In this document: positions 39,025 to 53,396 of the stretch, one piece after another
How the letters are laid out: every line of letters begins with the position of its first letter
How positions within the stretch are numbered: the first letter of the stretch is position 1
Assembly (NCBI GenBank): GCA_012295275.1
Contig: CM022679.1
Span: forward strand, 23,312,001-23,376,000
Origin: Chrysomallon squamiferum
Lineage: Eukaryota > Animalia > Mollusca
DNA length: 64,000 nt
Reading direction: 5' to 3'
Notes under the pieces: model-generated
Database searches by the model: none
The model's input: the letters and a program-made list of their open reading frames with translations, nothing else
What the model was told of the DNA's origin: nothing
Position numbers and translations under genes: made by a program

Positions 39025-40011
39025 GTATGTATGGATGTATGCATGCACATATGTATGTACGTATGTATGTATGTACGTATGTATTGTTAATGTCAGTGTG
39101 TGTAAGTATGTACCTATGTATGCAAGTATGTTAACACGTTTGTCTGTACGTCTACCCTTTATTCTATTATTAGATTTTTAGGTCCGTTAATTTTGTTAGG
39201 CCTTCATTTTGCAATAACCTACACAAAATCTACAGCAACACGTAATTATTCTCCAGTTTTTAATTATTACTTTCTAAAAGCATTTTTCTCGTGAATATAA
39301 CCTAAATTGAGCCTAACAGACCGGAGAGGTTCGCTGAATCTGTGACAGGAAACAAATGTAACTGATAATTTGCCCCAGTCACTCGACTGTTAAAAAAATA
39401 CTCCGAATACGGCGTCTTTAATATTCCATCGTCTAAATTCACCGTTGTTCAGAATTGATTCAGCATTTCGTTTTCGTTATCTTCCTTTGTGCAAACGCGT
39501 CCATCGAGCTGTTATTAACCACAATGGTTCCCCGAGGATCCTGTTTCTGGTAGTTATGTTATATCGTGTTATTGGCAAATTAACCGAAATCCTAGCCAAG
39601 ACTGCGGTCTCAGAATAGTCGGTCGCACACATAACGTTATTGTGAGTAGATGTTAAGATTTGAGCGATAACCCTAATAACAGTTCGCCATGACAGGAGTT
39701 CGGTTCTTAACTCGTAATTGTTGCCGTTATTTTTACTTCTCTGTTTTAGTGGCACCGTGTCGGCTTTCTGTCGTTTGCCTTCTTCTGAGAGTGTGCGTGT
39801 GTATGTGTGCGTGTGCGTGTGCATGTGTGTGTGCGTGTGCGTGTGCGTGTGTGGGGGTGCGCGCGCCTGCGATTCATGTTCAGTCATTTATTTATTTGTT
39901 TATTATATATATATATATATTTTTATGTTACTTAATTATGGTTTTTATTTTATTTTATTTTATTTATTTAATTATATAATTTTATTCACTTACTTTATCT
40001 TATTTTATTTT

Positions 40012-40042
<31 letters not shown>

Positions 40043-40334
40043 GTGTGTTTAATTAAAATGAAAAGGCAACTAACATATTACTTTCTTTTCTCTAATCGTT
40101 ATATAAAATAAGAAATAATATAAAATATTAAACAGATACGATTTCGTTATCAACAAGAAAACTTAGCTTAAGCATCTAATTCAAGTCGAACAACAACAAC
40201 GGCAATAATTCACGTACTAATAAATAATAAAAAATATAATAATAATAATGATAATAATAATAATAATAATAATAACAATAATAATAATAATAAAAATAAT
40301 AATAACAATAATAATAACAATAACAACAATAACA

Positions 40335-40384
<50 letters not shown>

Positions 40385-41306
40385 AATAAATAAATAAATA
40401 AATAAATAAGTAAGTAAACAAACAAACAAATAAATAAACAAATGCAGAACACGCACACCTATTAACTGTAGTCGTGTTTCTGTACCAGTGTTTGCCGAGG
40501 TCATTAGAACATTACAACTTTACTGCGAAATTAACGTTTCAGACGCTTCTTATGAATAATGGTCATTTTTCGTGAGATATCCCCACACACCAATTCGGCG
40601 TCTGTCATGGGTCCATAATTTATAATAATAACTTCGTGTATTCGATTAGGCTGTGTTACGTATGCGGTGGCAATGTCAGCTGAGACTATGGGACACACCT
40701 AACGGGGCGGATCCACTGTGTAAGAAGGGAGGGTTTGGGGTGGGGTTCTGAAATTGTTTGGAAAGGGTTTTTTTTTTTTTTTTTAATATGTTTTGTTAGG
40801 ACAAAATAAACAAAGAAATTATAATACAAAAATGAAGAAAAAAAATAATAGTATCCTACCTTTAATTTAGATGAATAAAACAAACCATGAAACAAATTAT
40901 AAAAAAAAAAAAAATCTTTTGAATGATAATGAATAATTCAAGTTATTTAATAAAAATGAATTATATTTACACTGCCCTAATCTGTTTTATTTTAATAATA
41001 ACAAAAATTACAACAACAGCAACAATAACAACAACAATATTAATAATAGTAATATCAAGGCAATCTTTTAACTGATATTATTATTATTTTTATTATTTTT
41101 ATTTTTGCTGTTGTCGTTGTTGTTGTTGTTGTTATTAATTCAATTTATAATTTCTTTTATATGTTGCATTCTTATTAAATATTATCGGTCATTCGCTCGT
41201 AATTGTGAAGTATGCAACACAAAGATTAACGTAATCATATTTAAACGTTCAGAAGAACCAAGTAATCAGTTTTTGTTTCTCGTATTTTAGTAAAAAAAAA
41301 AGCATT

Positions 41307-41319
41307 CCGCTAGAGGGCG
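41307..41319 (+). promoter_or_regulatory. CTCF-like motif between convergent genes
   Basis: CCGCTAGAGGGCG closely matches the CTCF core consensus CC(A/G)CYAG(A/G)(G/T)GGC(A/G). Confidence 0.5.
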
Positions 41320-41591
41320 GGTTGTGACGTAATTCTACTTCATACTGTAACGTAATTATGTAATACACACAATGGCGTTCATGTGTCCACAAACAAGTGT
41401 TTTCTTCTACGTCTGTGTTAAATAACTTGGTTCTGTTTAGGCTTTTATAGGGTTCTTTATTTTATTTTTTTATCTATTATTATTGTTGTTGTGGCTACTA
41501 CAACTACTACTACTACTACTACTACTACTAGTACAATTACTACTACTGTTCCTACTGCTAATATTACTAATACTAGTAGTAGTATTATAGC

Positions 41592-41636
<45 letters not shown>

Positions 41637-44600
41637 GGTGGTGTTGGTGGCAGAACTTGTGGTAAAAGTGATAGAGGTAGTAGTGGTGGTGATACTAGTA
41701 GTAGCAGTAGTAGCAGTAGTAGCAGCAGCAGTAGTAGTAGTAGCAGTAGTATTACTCTTGCTGTTGTTGTTTTTTAGCCATTACTCAAGTCTGCTAGACA
41801 CTCCATTCCCAAGACATTCTTTTGAATTTGCTTCGTACGTCAGTGAGATTTCATAGGATTAATGTTTATATTCAGCGTCAATTCTTAACTTACAAAGAAC
41901 AAACACAGTACAGAGGTCTGTGTTAATAATTAATAGCATGGTATTAAATTTTTAAAGGAAAACTAGATGAGGAAGAACTGAAATATAAATGAATTTTAGG
42001 TAATGTTTAAAAATAATGAGGTCAATGAAATCGGTTCGTTTTTTATGAATGTTGCAAGTACTTGCTTTATATATATTTTAATTTTGTATACACACATATA
42101 TATTATACAGTTACATACATACATAGTTAATGCACACAAAAAAATACACATATACATACACATGCATAGACATACGTAACAGATACAGATGCATATACAT
42201 ACATACATACATACACACATACATAATTGACACATATGTAATAGATACAAACATACATATATGCATACAAATATACACACACAAACACACATACATATAT
42301 TCACATTCAAAACATACATACAAACATATAGACATATACACACACACATTCAACAACTTAGATAATAAAAATAAAATAAAAACAAAAAACTTTTCTTTAT
42401 TTTTTGATATGTTTTATTTATGTTGAAATGCTCTTGTACTGTCCACTTAATGAATATACATGAACATGTTAATGAACACATACAAACTTTATTCCCGGCG
42501 AAACAAAGCCACGCCTTTTTTGTGGGCGTGGTTACAAATAAATTACTAATGGCGTAATCGTGAATGTATAATGTAAGAAACAACTATGGATTTCCGTATA
42601 CAGCGACACATATCATATTCGATAAATAATCACATCAGAAAACTGGATCGTGTGAAAAAAAAAAAAACAGAGAGTGTGAAGGCATTTAAAAATGATCGTA
42701 TTTATTCAGATTATCAGGAAATGTGAAAAAGTAGATGACGTGAACTTGTCAATTTTTGTGAAATTATGTAACTTTTTCTTTTCTTTCAAAAACAAGCCTT
42801 TCACATCTGTGTTTATCATTTTACAAACGATGATCGTTCTGTTTCAAAATATCAGTTTTAAAATAAATTAAAATGTCATCAAACGAATTTGAAAAAAAAA
42901 AAAAAAAATGCTTTTATATATGGTTTCAAAAATGAATTTCAAAGCGTTAAATTATTTTCCTGCTTTTGTACACGTAACAATAAAAGGAAAACAATTTATT
43001 TCATCATTACAGCATATACTACAAAAATCGTTACCAAAAATCGTTTCGTGTTAACATACCTTAATTCATACAAATGTTCAGTATTGCAATTCACAACGTT
43101 AAAATACTATACGGTAATCAAACTAGACTGAATTTCTGCTGTATCACTTTGTACCAGTGAAAATTACAAGAACTTAAGTACAAACATTTATAATCGATGT
43201 TAAAATACAGAAATGTCTAATCCTGTGCTTAATACTGGTATACGAATTACCTTGGAGTTATGTCAGAAGTTTATGAAGGATGATTTTGCTGGAATTACGG
43301 CAGTAAAATAATAAATGTAATTTTGTTGGAACGAAATATAATCAGGTAATGTTTGGGAAGCTGGAAATATATATATAAATTATAGACTTTGAATGTGTGT
43401 AATGGAAACACTTGATATAGATGTTTTCAGTTTCATGCTGTGTAATGGTCGTTTCAGAAATCTCATACAAAACTGAGAGTAAATGTAATGGAAAATGTTG
43501 AATTACTGTTATATAATGTTTATAATGGAAATGGTAGAAATACGTATTAATTATTAAACTTGAATGTTTTAATCTATCTTGTGCAGAAGCATAATGGTTT
43601 TACTGCAATTTGTAATAAATAAATGGTTTTACTTTAATTACGAAATGGAAGATTATAATTTGGAATTACTTGGGTTTTATTGCAACTGATGCTTTAGCAT
43701 AAATTATTTAAACTTAAACACAAAATAATGGATGATTATATCGGAAAATTGTAATGAATGGTTTTACTTTCTTTAATACACTGGGTTTTTTTTTAAATTA
43801 TTATTGTTAATTACATATTGGAATATGTAGAAGAATGTATAAGAGATGGTTTTTGTTGAATTTTGTTGCATATGGCAGTTTTCTTTAAAACTGTTTCAGT
43901 TGAGTTACATCCTGATGCCTTTAATTCATGTTAAATAAACAATTTTTTTTTAAAATAACACAACGTGTGGCAGTACTTGATACGATACACATTTTTAAAT
44001 AGAATATTTTGTAATGGAAGATATTGATGCGTAATGGCTAATTTCAAGCGAATCACGTAATTTTTAAAAAGTTATACTATACATGGTCTTTCGAATTTGA
44101 GAAGTGAAAACCATATTCCAATGTGCTTCAATGCATTGTTAGTGTCTTAGATGAATTAAAGTTAACCAAATTTAAATGTTTCAATAAAACTGCTTATTTA
44201 TGACTCTGAATGTTAAAATAATCATAATAGTGTTCTGTTTTATATGCAGAAATTCTGGTCACAGTACACATAATTCGATAATAGCTGGATTTCCATTTGC
44301 TTCGCGTAATTATTTCACATTATTATCTAGCTTAGAAGTAAACCGGTGCATCAGCATTCTAAGAAATCAGTCCATAAACCTAAATAAAAATGAATATTTC
44401 TCTGTTCAAGAATATTCCTTCAGAATGCTTAGAAGAAATTGAATTATTTAATACTGAAGATCTTTATATACATAGTATTCGAGCAAATTAATCCAGAAAT
44501 TCCAGATTTTCATTATTCAACAATCCTACGACAAAAACGAATTCTTTAATATTGATGCGTCTTCGCGTAGAGATTAGGACAAAACAAATTCTTCAACACA

Positions 44601-47600
44601 CAACACGCTTTACACTGGAGAAACAAATCTACAGCAATCTAACAGTGTTTCTATTTTTTGTATTCATGAATAGTGCATAGCTTGTGTTTTAATGCATAGT
44701 GCAGAGCATGTCTGAATACACTCTTCGACAAACTATAATAATCTAACGAGATTCTAAGAAGACTTCAGTTTTCACATCCTAATTTCTATGTACATTAAAC
44801 AAGATTCGGAAACAGAGTAAACTATATTGCAATATCCTAATATTCGACTATACACTACATCAATATTGAACGAATACTTTATTGTTTAAATAAAAATGTT
44901 AGTCTATTTCTATGCACATTGGTATTAGATTCAAAAATAACTGTTAATTATAAAAATCTTAAATTTTTAAAATTAACCATTACCTATACTTTTTCAAAAA
45001 AAAAAAAAAAAAAAAAAAAAATAAAAAGCATTTTTTGGTTAGTATATGAGGAATTGTATTTCTTCGTTAAAAGAGGTAAGAGATTATCTTAAATTGCTGA
45101 GCTATAGATTATTTTGGAAGGATTATTATTATTTATTAATATCCTAAACGTAATAATCTTAATTTGTTTCAGATTATTGGATGTCCAGTTTCGTTAACTG
45201 AGTCGGAATCACTAGAGACTAAGATAATTATTTTCAAATCGTTAGTGTCTATATAAATACCAACGTAATTAATTTACCGTCTATAACAAAGACAAGTTAT
45301 TCTAGAAATTAAAAACACAAGTGTTAGGATGTAGACTAATGAGATGTTATTCTACATTGTCTAGTCGGTGTCAAAACGAATGAAATGGTAGATTAAATTA
45401 AACAGTGTGTAATAAATATAACTCGTCTGTGTTTCAAACAGACGTAAATTGTTTTCTGAGATCTCAGATTCAGATTACAAACAATGAGATCGTTTTAATA
45501 GGATTTCACAATCAGTAATGTCCATTTTTAAAACTGTACATTGTTACGTATCAGTGTTTTAAGCTGGAGAAATGTAATGATTCTTATAGCTGTTTCTTAG
45601 ACTCGGAGAACTGCTTGGACTGTTAATCGATTCTTTCTTCTTCTTTTTTTTTTTTTTTTTTCTTTCACCATAATGATACAGTTCTAACGATGATACATTA
45701 TCTGGAATTCTTTTTTTTTTCTTCTTCAGTTTGCTTTCAAATTTACATAATTATGTGACGATAATCCACCGCAATCATTAATTATCAGTTTAGTCAACAG
45801 TTTTTAATTCTCTTTTTCTCTCTTTTCTTTTCCAAACGTGAATTAAATTAGCCATTCTAAGGATTTCCAAATAACAGTTATTTAATTCTATGTACTGTAA
45901 TACTAGCTACTGCATATTTCATCACCAAATAGACCAGTTGAAGACAGAATGTCAACAACAAACACTACAATAAATTATTTTCATTACAGTATTGTCTATG
46001 AAATGTACCATTTAGGAATCCAAGTATGGTCTTGGCATCTGAATTTGAAGCATGATTCTCCAACTACATTGTATTTTTCTTTTCACTGCACCGTGTAATC
46101 AATATAATCAATTCGTCCGTCAGTAGATCTAATCAAAATCTTTACCTACAAATCTTGCAAAGAATAATATGAATACTACACTGAAAAACATGTACGATTT
46201 AATGAATGAAGATGGTTCATGTACATGCATTCTAGGAATGTTTCTTTTTTATACAAACAGATAACCTAATATTTTATCTAATGGAATTACATCCATGTTC
46301 AATTGTTATTCACTTATCAACAGTAAACTGGAAAAGTTACAATTATGTGTTCCTTTGAAAAATTCCATTTTCTGAATCCTTTTTCTGTTAAAAATAAACC
46401 TGTATATTAATGAAGACATTATTACAGTCCATTTGTAAAAAAAGAAAACACAACCCCTTTTTTATTTAAAAATATTTTAAAAGTTTAATCCACAGAGGTA
46501 CATTCCATGTCAATGTGGTGTTATGGAATGGTACGGTCAAGAAATACTCGTAACATTAATTACAGTAATCCGATTGAACAAAGAATGCTGCATGTTTAAA
46601 AAAATTCGTTCCACGAAGGATCCTGGTGTACCAGTGTATGTGTGTGTGTGTGTGTGTTTGGAGCCGTTAATGTAGTCGTTTGTTTAAAACACAATTTACT
46701 GACGACACTTGTGTGAATAAACGGGTAGTCAAATCGTTTCTCGGCAAACAGAGGCACGTCTAAGAACTGAACAAAACAGTCAGTGTGTTAGCTGTTTCAC
46801 AAGACTGATATCCCTTTAAAACTGAGCTGTTCTTTATCTACTCCTCAAAAAACAATCTCCCAATGTTTATAATTAGTGTCATTCTACTGGATTTTCAATA
46901 TATACAGTCACCATCCCGTTTTGTACAGAACACAATTACTGTATACTCATGTACTGATATAGCAACCCTCCAGTTTTGCATTGAACTTAAAATTATCAAC
47001 TGATTATTTACTAAACATAGCCAGCATTTTTTTTTTTTTTTTCCAAGGACATCGCCTCAAGCTAACTTTATTCCAACACAGTCATTTGAAGAACATTTAA
47101 TCCAACAAACCAAAACATCTAATACTTTGTTTTAGTTCCTATTGTGAAATAAGGTGAAAAACATAATTTCACAGTTGCATGAATCAATATTCAGCGATGC
47201 ATAGTATCTTTAAGAAGGAAACAGTAAATCCAATTTCAAAATTCAAACCTACTGAATACATCCAATAATATTTTCCAGTAAATTCTGGCTTCTGTATTCC
47301 AGTCCATCATGGTGGAAATCTCAGATTCTTGTAAGCATAAGAATCATTACGACGAGTATTCCGTGGTATGAGTGAAACGTCACTTAGGAATCGCCACAAA
47401 GTACATTCAACAATTATTAATGATCGAAACTTTCAGTTCAAAAATCTTCTTTATGCTGGAATCGTCACAAAGTATATTATCGGAAAATCTTTCAAGATCA
47501 GTACTGGAATCTCCGCAACGTGTATTTTAAACTGTGGATGTGAAAAACTCAGAAATTCTAAGATTCTTTTTTCACACCAAATGTATTCCATGGTGTCTAG

Positions 47601-47835
47601 ATTCTCGTTTTCGTCAGTCTTACTTCAGCATCTTCTGTACAGTTAATATTAAACTATACAAGTATAAAACCAACACACAGGAAACCAACTGAGATTTTAT
47701 TTTGCTGTAGTAATGCTTGCATATTATTTCTTCTTTTTTTCATAAAGACAGTCTCGTCCACAAATAAGATCTCCGTTTTTTTCTTTTTTGATGAAATATC
47801 TTACAAATAACTTGTCCAAATCCTGTTCTCAGTCT

Positions 47836-48021
47836 TCATTCTCTGCTGATTTTTTTCCTGCAGTATTCACATGGTACAATCTGACTAATATCTCGCAGCT
47901 TCCTTGCAATGGCGCCTGTGAGTATCAGAGCAGATCCCAGCTTCATTCCGAACGACTTGGTCAGATGGTCGGTGGTGAGGAGTGGAAGAGTGCGCCCATC
48001 AACCCGGAATCGTAAAAATAT
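47836..48021 (-). CDS. SAM gene last exon (C-terminal half of SAM, …PCEYCRKKISRE*)
   Basis: TTGTAG| acceptor, 61 aa + TGA; not in the supplied ORF track. Confidence 0.92.
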   Translation of the reverse strand: MFLRFRVDGRTLPLLTTDHLTKSFGMKLGSALILTGAIARKLRDISQIVPCEYCRKKISRE

Positions 48022-49173
48022 CTACAAGCAAAAACATTAATTAATTAACAAAAGAGGATGTTTTAACGTAACTGTTGTTAAGTATTGTATTTGAAAAAGA
48101 ATGATCTACCGGTGATTATCAGGTTTATACAGCAGTATTAACAGACCAATGAATAAATGAATGAATGTACTACGGAAGGTGCACGAACGAAAAGATTAGG
48201 CTTCTGATATGACATAAGAACGAAAATATCCACATTTTACACACGTATATATCATCTCTCTTTACGTGATAGACAATTTCGAATAATTTTGAAAAGGTAT
48301 TTTATGCTAATTGTAAGCATCTACTGGATGTCATTATTATATTTATTATTCAGTGTGAAACTTACCTCGGAATAAACAGAACAACCATCCAGTCTTTTAA
48401 TAAAGTTACACACGTCTTTCACGGACCATGTTCGTATATCATCCACGTGCTTCAGACCGCACGTGCATCCGGAGGAGCTGTTTTTGCGTTCACTTTCCGA
48501 TGACACTGGCGTAGTTTTGCCTTCTTGCAGACTTCGTCTTAACGTCTGGCAGTTAGAACTGGCTAACTGCGGAGATTTCGAACTCGAAGCCTCGCTCTGG
48601 CTTACGCGCGTGCTGTGCACGTCGCTGTTTCGCGACGTCTTCTGTTTCTTCGTAGACAGATCCAACGCAGAAGACGTCGAGGACAGCTGGTGTTTCAGGC
48701 TCTCCTTGGGGGTTTTCACTCCGCTGTTTAGATTGGGAAAAAACTGAGTCAGCCTCGTTGTCTCCAGGGACGGTGGCGGGACAACGAATGGGAAACACGA
48801 GGACCACATCTGCTGTGGTAGCAAGGCGCCGGCCAGCGGGGAGCTGCTGGGGACGGGCACGCTGTCAGCTCTGGGGTGCGTGGCTGCTGATGACGATGGT
48901 ACGAACAACGGGTGAGTTGTTGACACTGATGGAACTTTGCTACTTGAATGACTGGCAGCAGAATGATGACCATGGGCTGCTGGTGGGCTTTGTAATCTGT
49001 AAATAATTAGTACATCTATGAAATTTCACGTAATGATGATACTGATACTGTAAATAATTTAACAGAGAAGTATAAATATAATTTTATAATAAGATATGTG
49101 TAAAAAATAATACCACCAGTGTGATAAAATGTGAACTAACAGCTTAACAATTATTGATGATCCTGTTCTTGTA

Positions 49174-49222
<49 letters not shown>

Positions 49223-51023
49223 TATATGTGCATACCATGTTTTTGCATGTTTGAGTATTTCAGCACGTATCTGTCTACGTGTATGTATCTGTATGTACAA
49301 GCATGTTTGTTTTTCTCTCACCTTGTCGGATTATGTTTGTCCATCTGTCTGGTGTCAGGAACGTGTCTGTGTGCAGGAAGCGCTTTCGCCGGCAAATGTG
49401 ACGAGCTGTGACTCGACTGGTCTCGGTGATGGTGCTGCTGATTATGGTGGGCGGATGAACGCTTCTCCGAACTGCTTCCGGTGGTCTTCTTCTCGCCGCC
49501 GTGCTTGCTGTTCACGACGTTGTTGTGCTGTGACACGGCGGCATGGGTCGGCAAGGCGCTCCCCCGGGAAAGCCGGTCGTGCAGCTTGCCTATGAGTAGA
49601 TTGTTTTCGTGTATCATCTGTCTGCTCCGGTTTTCAGCCATGACGTATTGCTGTCTCGCCAGTTGTTCCATCGTCTGCATGTAGTGAAGTTCCATCTGGG
49701 CCCGGTGTTCGGGCAGGCTGTAAATGCTAAGCTCAGGAATGAAAGGATTCATATTCTGGGCAATCATGGATTCGAGATTTTTCTCAAACTGGCGATGATA
49801 TTTCGACAACTGGTCGTGAGCCTCTCTGCTTACTTTCTCCAGTTGTTCTGGGGACGGGTAACCGAACGGAAGCAGACTTGCAGGGTATCTAAACGCATTG
49901 TGCGGTCGATCTTTCGTTGCGATATCTTCTGCTGTTAACAAACAAGAGTGAAAAAAATCCTATGTTAGTTTTTGAATATTACGAATAAAAAGCTGCTTAA
50001 TGGTATACAGACGGTATATCGTCAAATCTGATTTGATCATGACATATCATCATATTATTAGATCATTATATCATATATAATGTCATGCTGTTGTTGTTTT
50101 ATTACTGTTTCATCATTTTTACTTATCCGTATTGTACAGAGCATTATCTAAATATTGCTAACATCCAGAAGTTCCTCTGTAGTAAGGGAAAGGTCTTGGC
50201 TAATTCTAACAACTAGTACAACTAATAACAGAACTGTTAATCCCAAACAGACTACTTCGTGTGAGTTATATTTATCACGCTTTGCTCCCGAGAATAAATA
50301 TAAGTCACACGCACTGAACTCGATTTCTTGCCAGCTAACCGATAAAAATTACCTAAGCGACGTTGACATAACGAATGACGTGTTCCTACTACGAATGTAT
50401 TCTTTGTACCGCTTTTAAGTTTTAATCAATATTTCAGCGTAACTAAATACCAACAAAAGAAAAATGCTGCGAAAACTTGCAGCAGTTATCTCCCTTGCGC
50501 TATAACAGAACAAAAGTTTGGCTAAAGAATGTACAGAGAGACCTCTTCATCACATTTGACTCGGAGATAATTCTTCAACGAAATAAAACGTTGTGCCAGG
50601 ATAATCATGCCAAATATACTTTTCTGATGAAAATTTGATATTAAATTACTCGCAGTTTAACAGAAAAGTAATTAAAACTCTTACCAGGAAGTGTTTTCGG
50701 TTTGGGTGGATCAGGTTTTTCCTTTGGTTTAGGAGGGACACTTGGTAAGCCAGGTTCTCTGGTTGGAGGAATTTTCTCGTTCTGGGTTTTGGACTCTGGT
50801 GCGACACTTGGTTTCTGGCATTCCCGTTCTTTTGACGTCCTCAGAATGTCGATAATACTACTGAGACGTGACTTGCCTTGTGAACTACTGAATAATAACA
50901 ATAACAATAACAATAATAACAATATCAATAACAATAATAATAAATATATATATATATAAATAAACAATAACTAATAATATTAATAATAAGTGATAATGTT
51001 GATGATAATAATAACAGTAATGC

Positions 51024-51072
<49 letters not shown>

Positions 51073-52704
51073 TATAATTATAATTATAATAATACAAAAA
51101 CAAAAAGACTTTCATTCTTTTAATTGTTATACGAAAGGAAAAAATTTCTTATTACAGCTTATGAATACTGAAACACTGCATTATAAAACTGATAAATGAA
51201 TTAAATACCAAAAATATAATACAATGTAATGTAATATAAAAATATAAATGAATAAATAAATCTGCAATAAACAACATCCAATTCAATAATCATGACGAAA
51301 ATATTAAACAATAAATAATACCTACGGAGTTTTACACCCACTTAAGAAAACGCTTAATGTCAAAAATGTGCCATAAAGCAAAATTAAAAAATTATGAAAA
51401 CCTGCATCTTGAAATAATTACACAGAAGAAAACTCTTCGTAATTCCCAGTGATCCATTATTTAAAAGTTAAAGGGTTCTTTTCACTTTGCTAAAAGCTCG
51501 TTTTGCATGGTTATTTTTCGCTTTTGTTATTTTGATGGCTTTTGTGGCAATAAAAAAATGGAACGGAAAGAACGTCGCATGACGCTAGTAGTTTCGGCAT
51601 TGACGTACAAGGAACACGAAATCAGTTAACGTAATTGTCCTGACAGACTCAGCGGCGCCATTTTGTTGAAGTACGTGTATAGTTACCATGGAAAATATTT
51701 TACATTCATAGCGTAGTCAGTTTATTTGCTTTTCCGTTCTTCATTCTCTCATTACGTTTTATTTTATTTTATTTTATTTTATTTTTTTTTTTTTTTTTTT
51801 GCTTGTGATTCATCTTGTCAGGGTTTAAATTTTTATTTATTTAATGTCATTTGCTTCTTCTTGCTCGATGGACGAGTTTTATTAGATATTATTTATATTT
51901 ATTTTATTCTGTTTTCCTTCTTTCTTTCTTTCTTTCTAATATTTATTTATTTATTTATTTATTTGGACTGTTGAAATTTTGTTATAGATGTAAAAAATAT
52001 TCCGTTTACTTCCACTCGTTCATATCGTTTTCATTTCTATCTATTTTTTCTTTTCTTTTTTTCTGTTTTCTTTTTTCTTCTTTTTTTTCTTTTAATTACT
52101 TAAACTGCTCTAACACCAACATCTCGGTTCTACCAATACTACTTTTTATTTTATTTTATTTTTTATTTTTTTTTTTTTTTTTTTTTTTACCGACCTGACA
52201 GATATCTCACGCCAAAGTTTTAATTTCCATTCAATCAGAAACCGAACTACGTCAATGTATCACATTAATAGCTTTGTAATCATGAACAATTTTCATCGAG
52301 CTGTTTCCGTCAACACATCCTGGCCAGCAAATTCTATGGGAGACCGTCGCGTCACCTTTGGGAAACGCTTTTCTACGTGAACAAAGGCGGTGAATAATAA
52401 AGTAATAAAAAGATGGTGCTATTTTAGGTTCACGATGATTCGTTTTTATCGTTCCCGATTTTCACACATGTACCAAGAACGAGTCACGTGGTTCCTTAGG
52501 GGTCTTCAGATCACCACCCTTCGCCCCTGCCTTATGTTCGCTCCTGACAAAATTAATAAACATCGTAAAACCAGGTAAATGATATGGATTTTTATAAGAA
52601 TGATGTAATGACTACGCAAATTTTTATTTATTTATACTACTACTATTATTACTACCACTACTACCACTGCTACTATTACTACTACTCCCAATATAACTTT
52701 TTTT

Positions 52705-52754
<50 letters not shown>

Positions 52755-53204
52755 TTTAAAGTTATTATTATTGTTTATTTGTTTGTTCGTTTTTCGGGAT
52801 ATATGCAGTATTCGTTTCTTTCTCTAGATAAGCTGATAACATTATAATTGAAACCAGATAAAAAGCCGGATTAATAAAGCAACCGAAAAGATCGTTTACT
52901 TACTAAAGTCTCGTTTCACGATCACGTGACAGAACAATTGGATGAAAGAACTCAAACCAAGAGATAAGGTGACCCATTTGTCGTTGCCAAGTCGACTGTT
53001 ACGTAACCAGTAAGATAACAGAAGTATTGCGTAGCGTGATACGTCATACAAATATTTACTCAATCAACACTGACACATAATCTCTTGACCATCTTGACTT
53101 CTAAAGTTCTACGTGCGCGGCTGACACTAATAATTTTGTAATTAGACCACGATAGCTGTTACCTAATAGTATCTTCAGTGCTGATCATCTAATTCTATTA
53201 TTTC

Positions 53205-53247
<43 letters not shown>

Positions 53248-53351
53248 AAATGTGAAAACTTTATATAGATCTTTTTCTTTCTTGTTATTCTCTTCTTTCC
53301 TTTATATATATATATATTACGAATAATAATTAAATCTGAAATATCCACGAA

Positions 53352-53396
<45 letters not shown>

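Noticed and set aside
39477-39887. 136-aa minus-strand ORF in a CpG-rich intergenic block
   Set aside because: It starts in a (CA)n repeat, has no recognisable domain and no supporting exons; more likely regulatory DNA.
40704-40752. GGGGCGGATCCA…GGGTTTGGGGTGGGGTTC resembling a DNA-transposon/MITE terminus or G-quadruplex
   Set aside because: No matching inverted end or target-site duplication was found nearby; too short to call.
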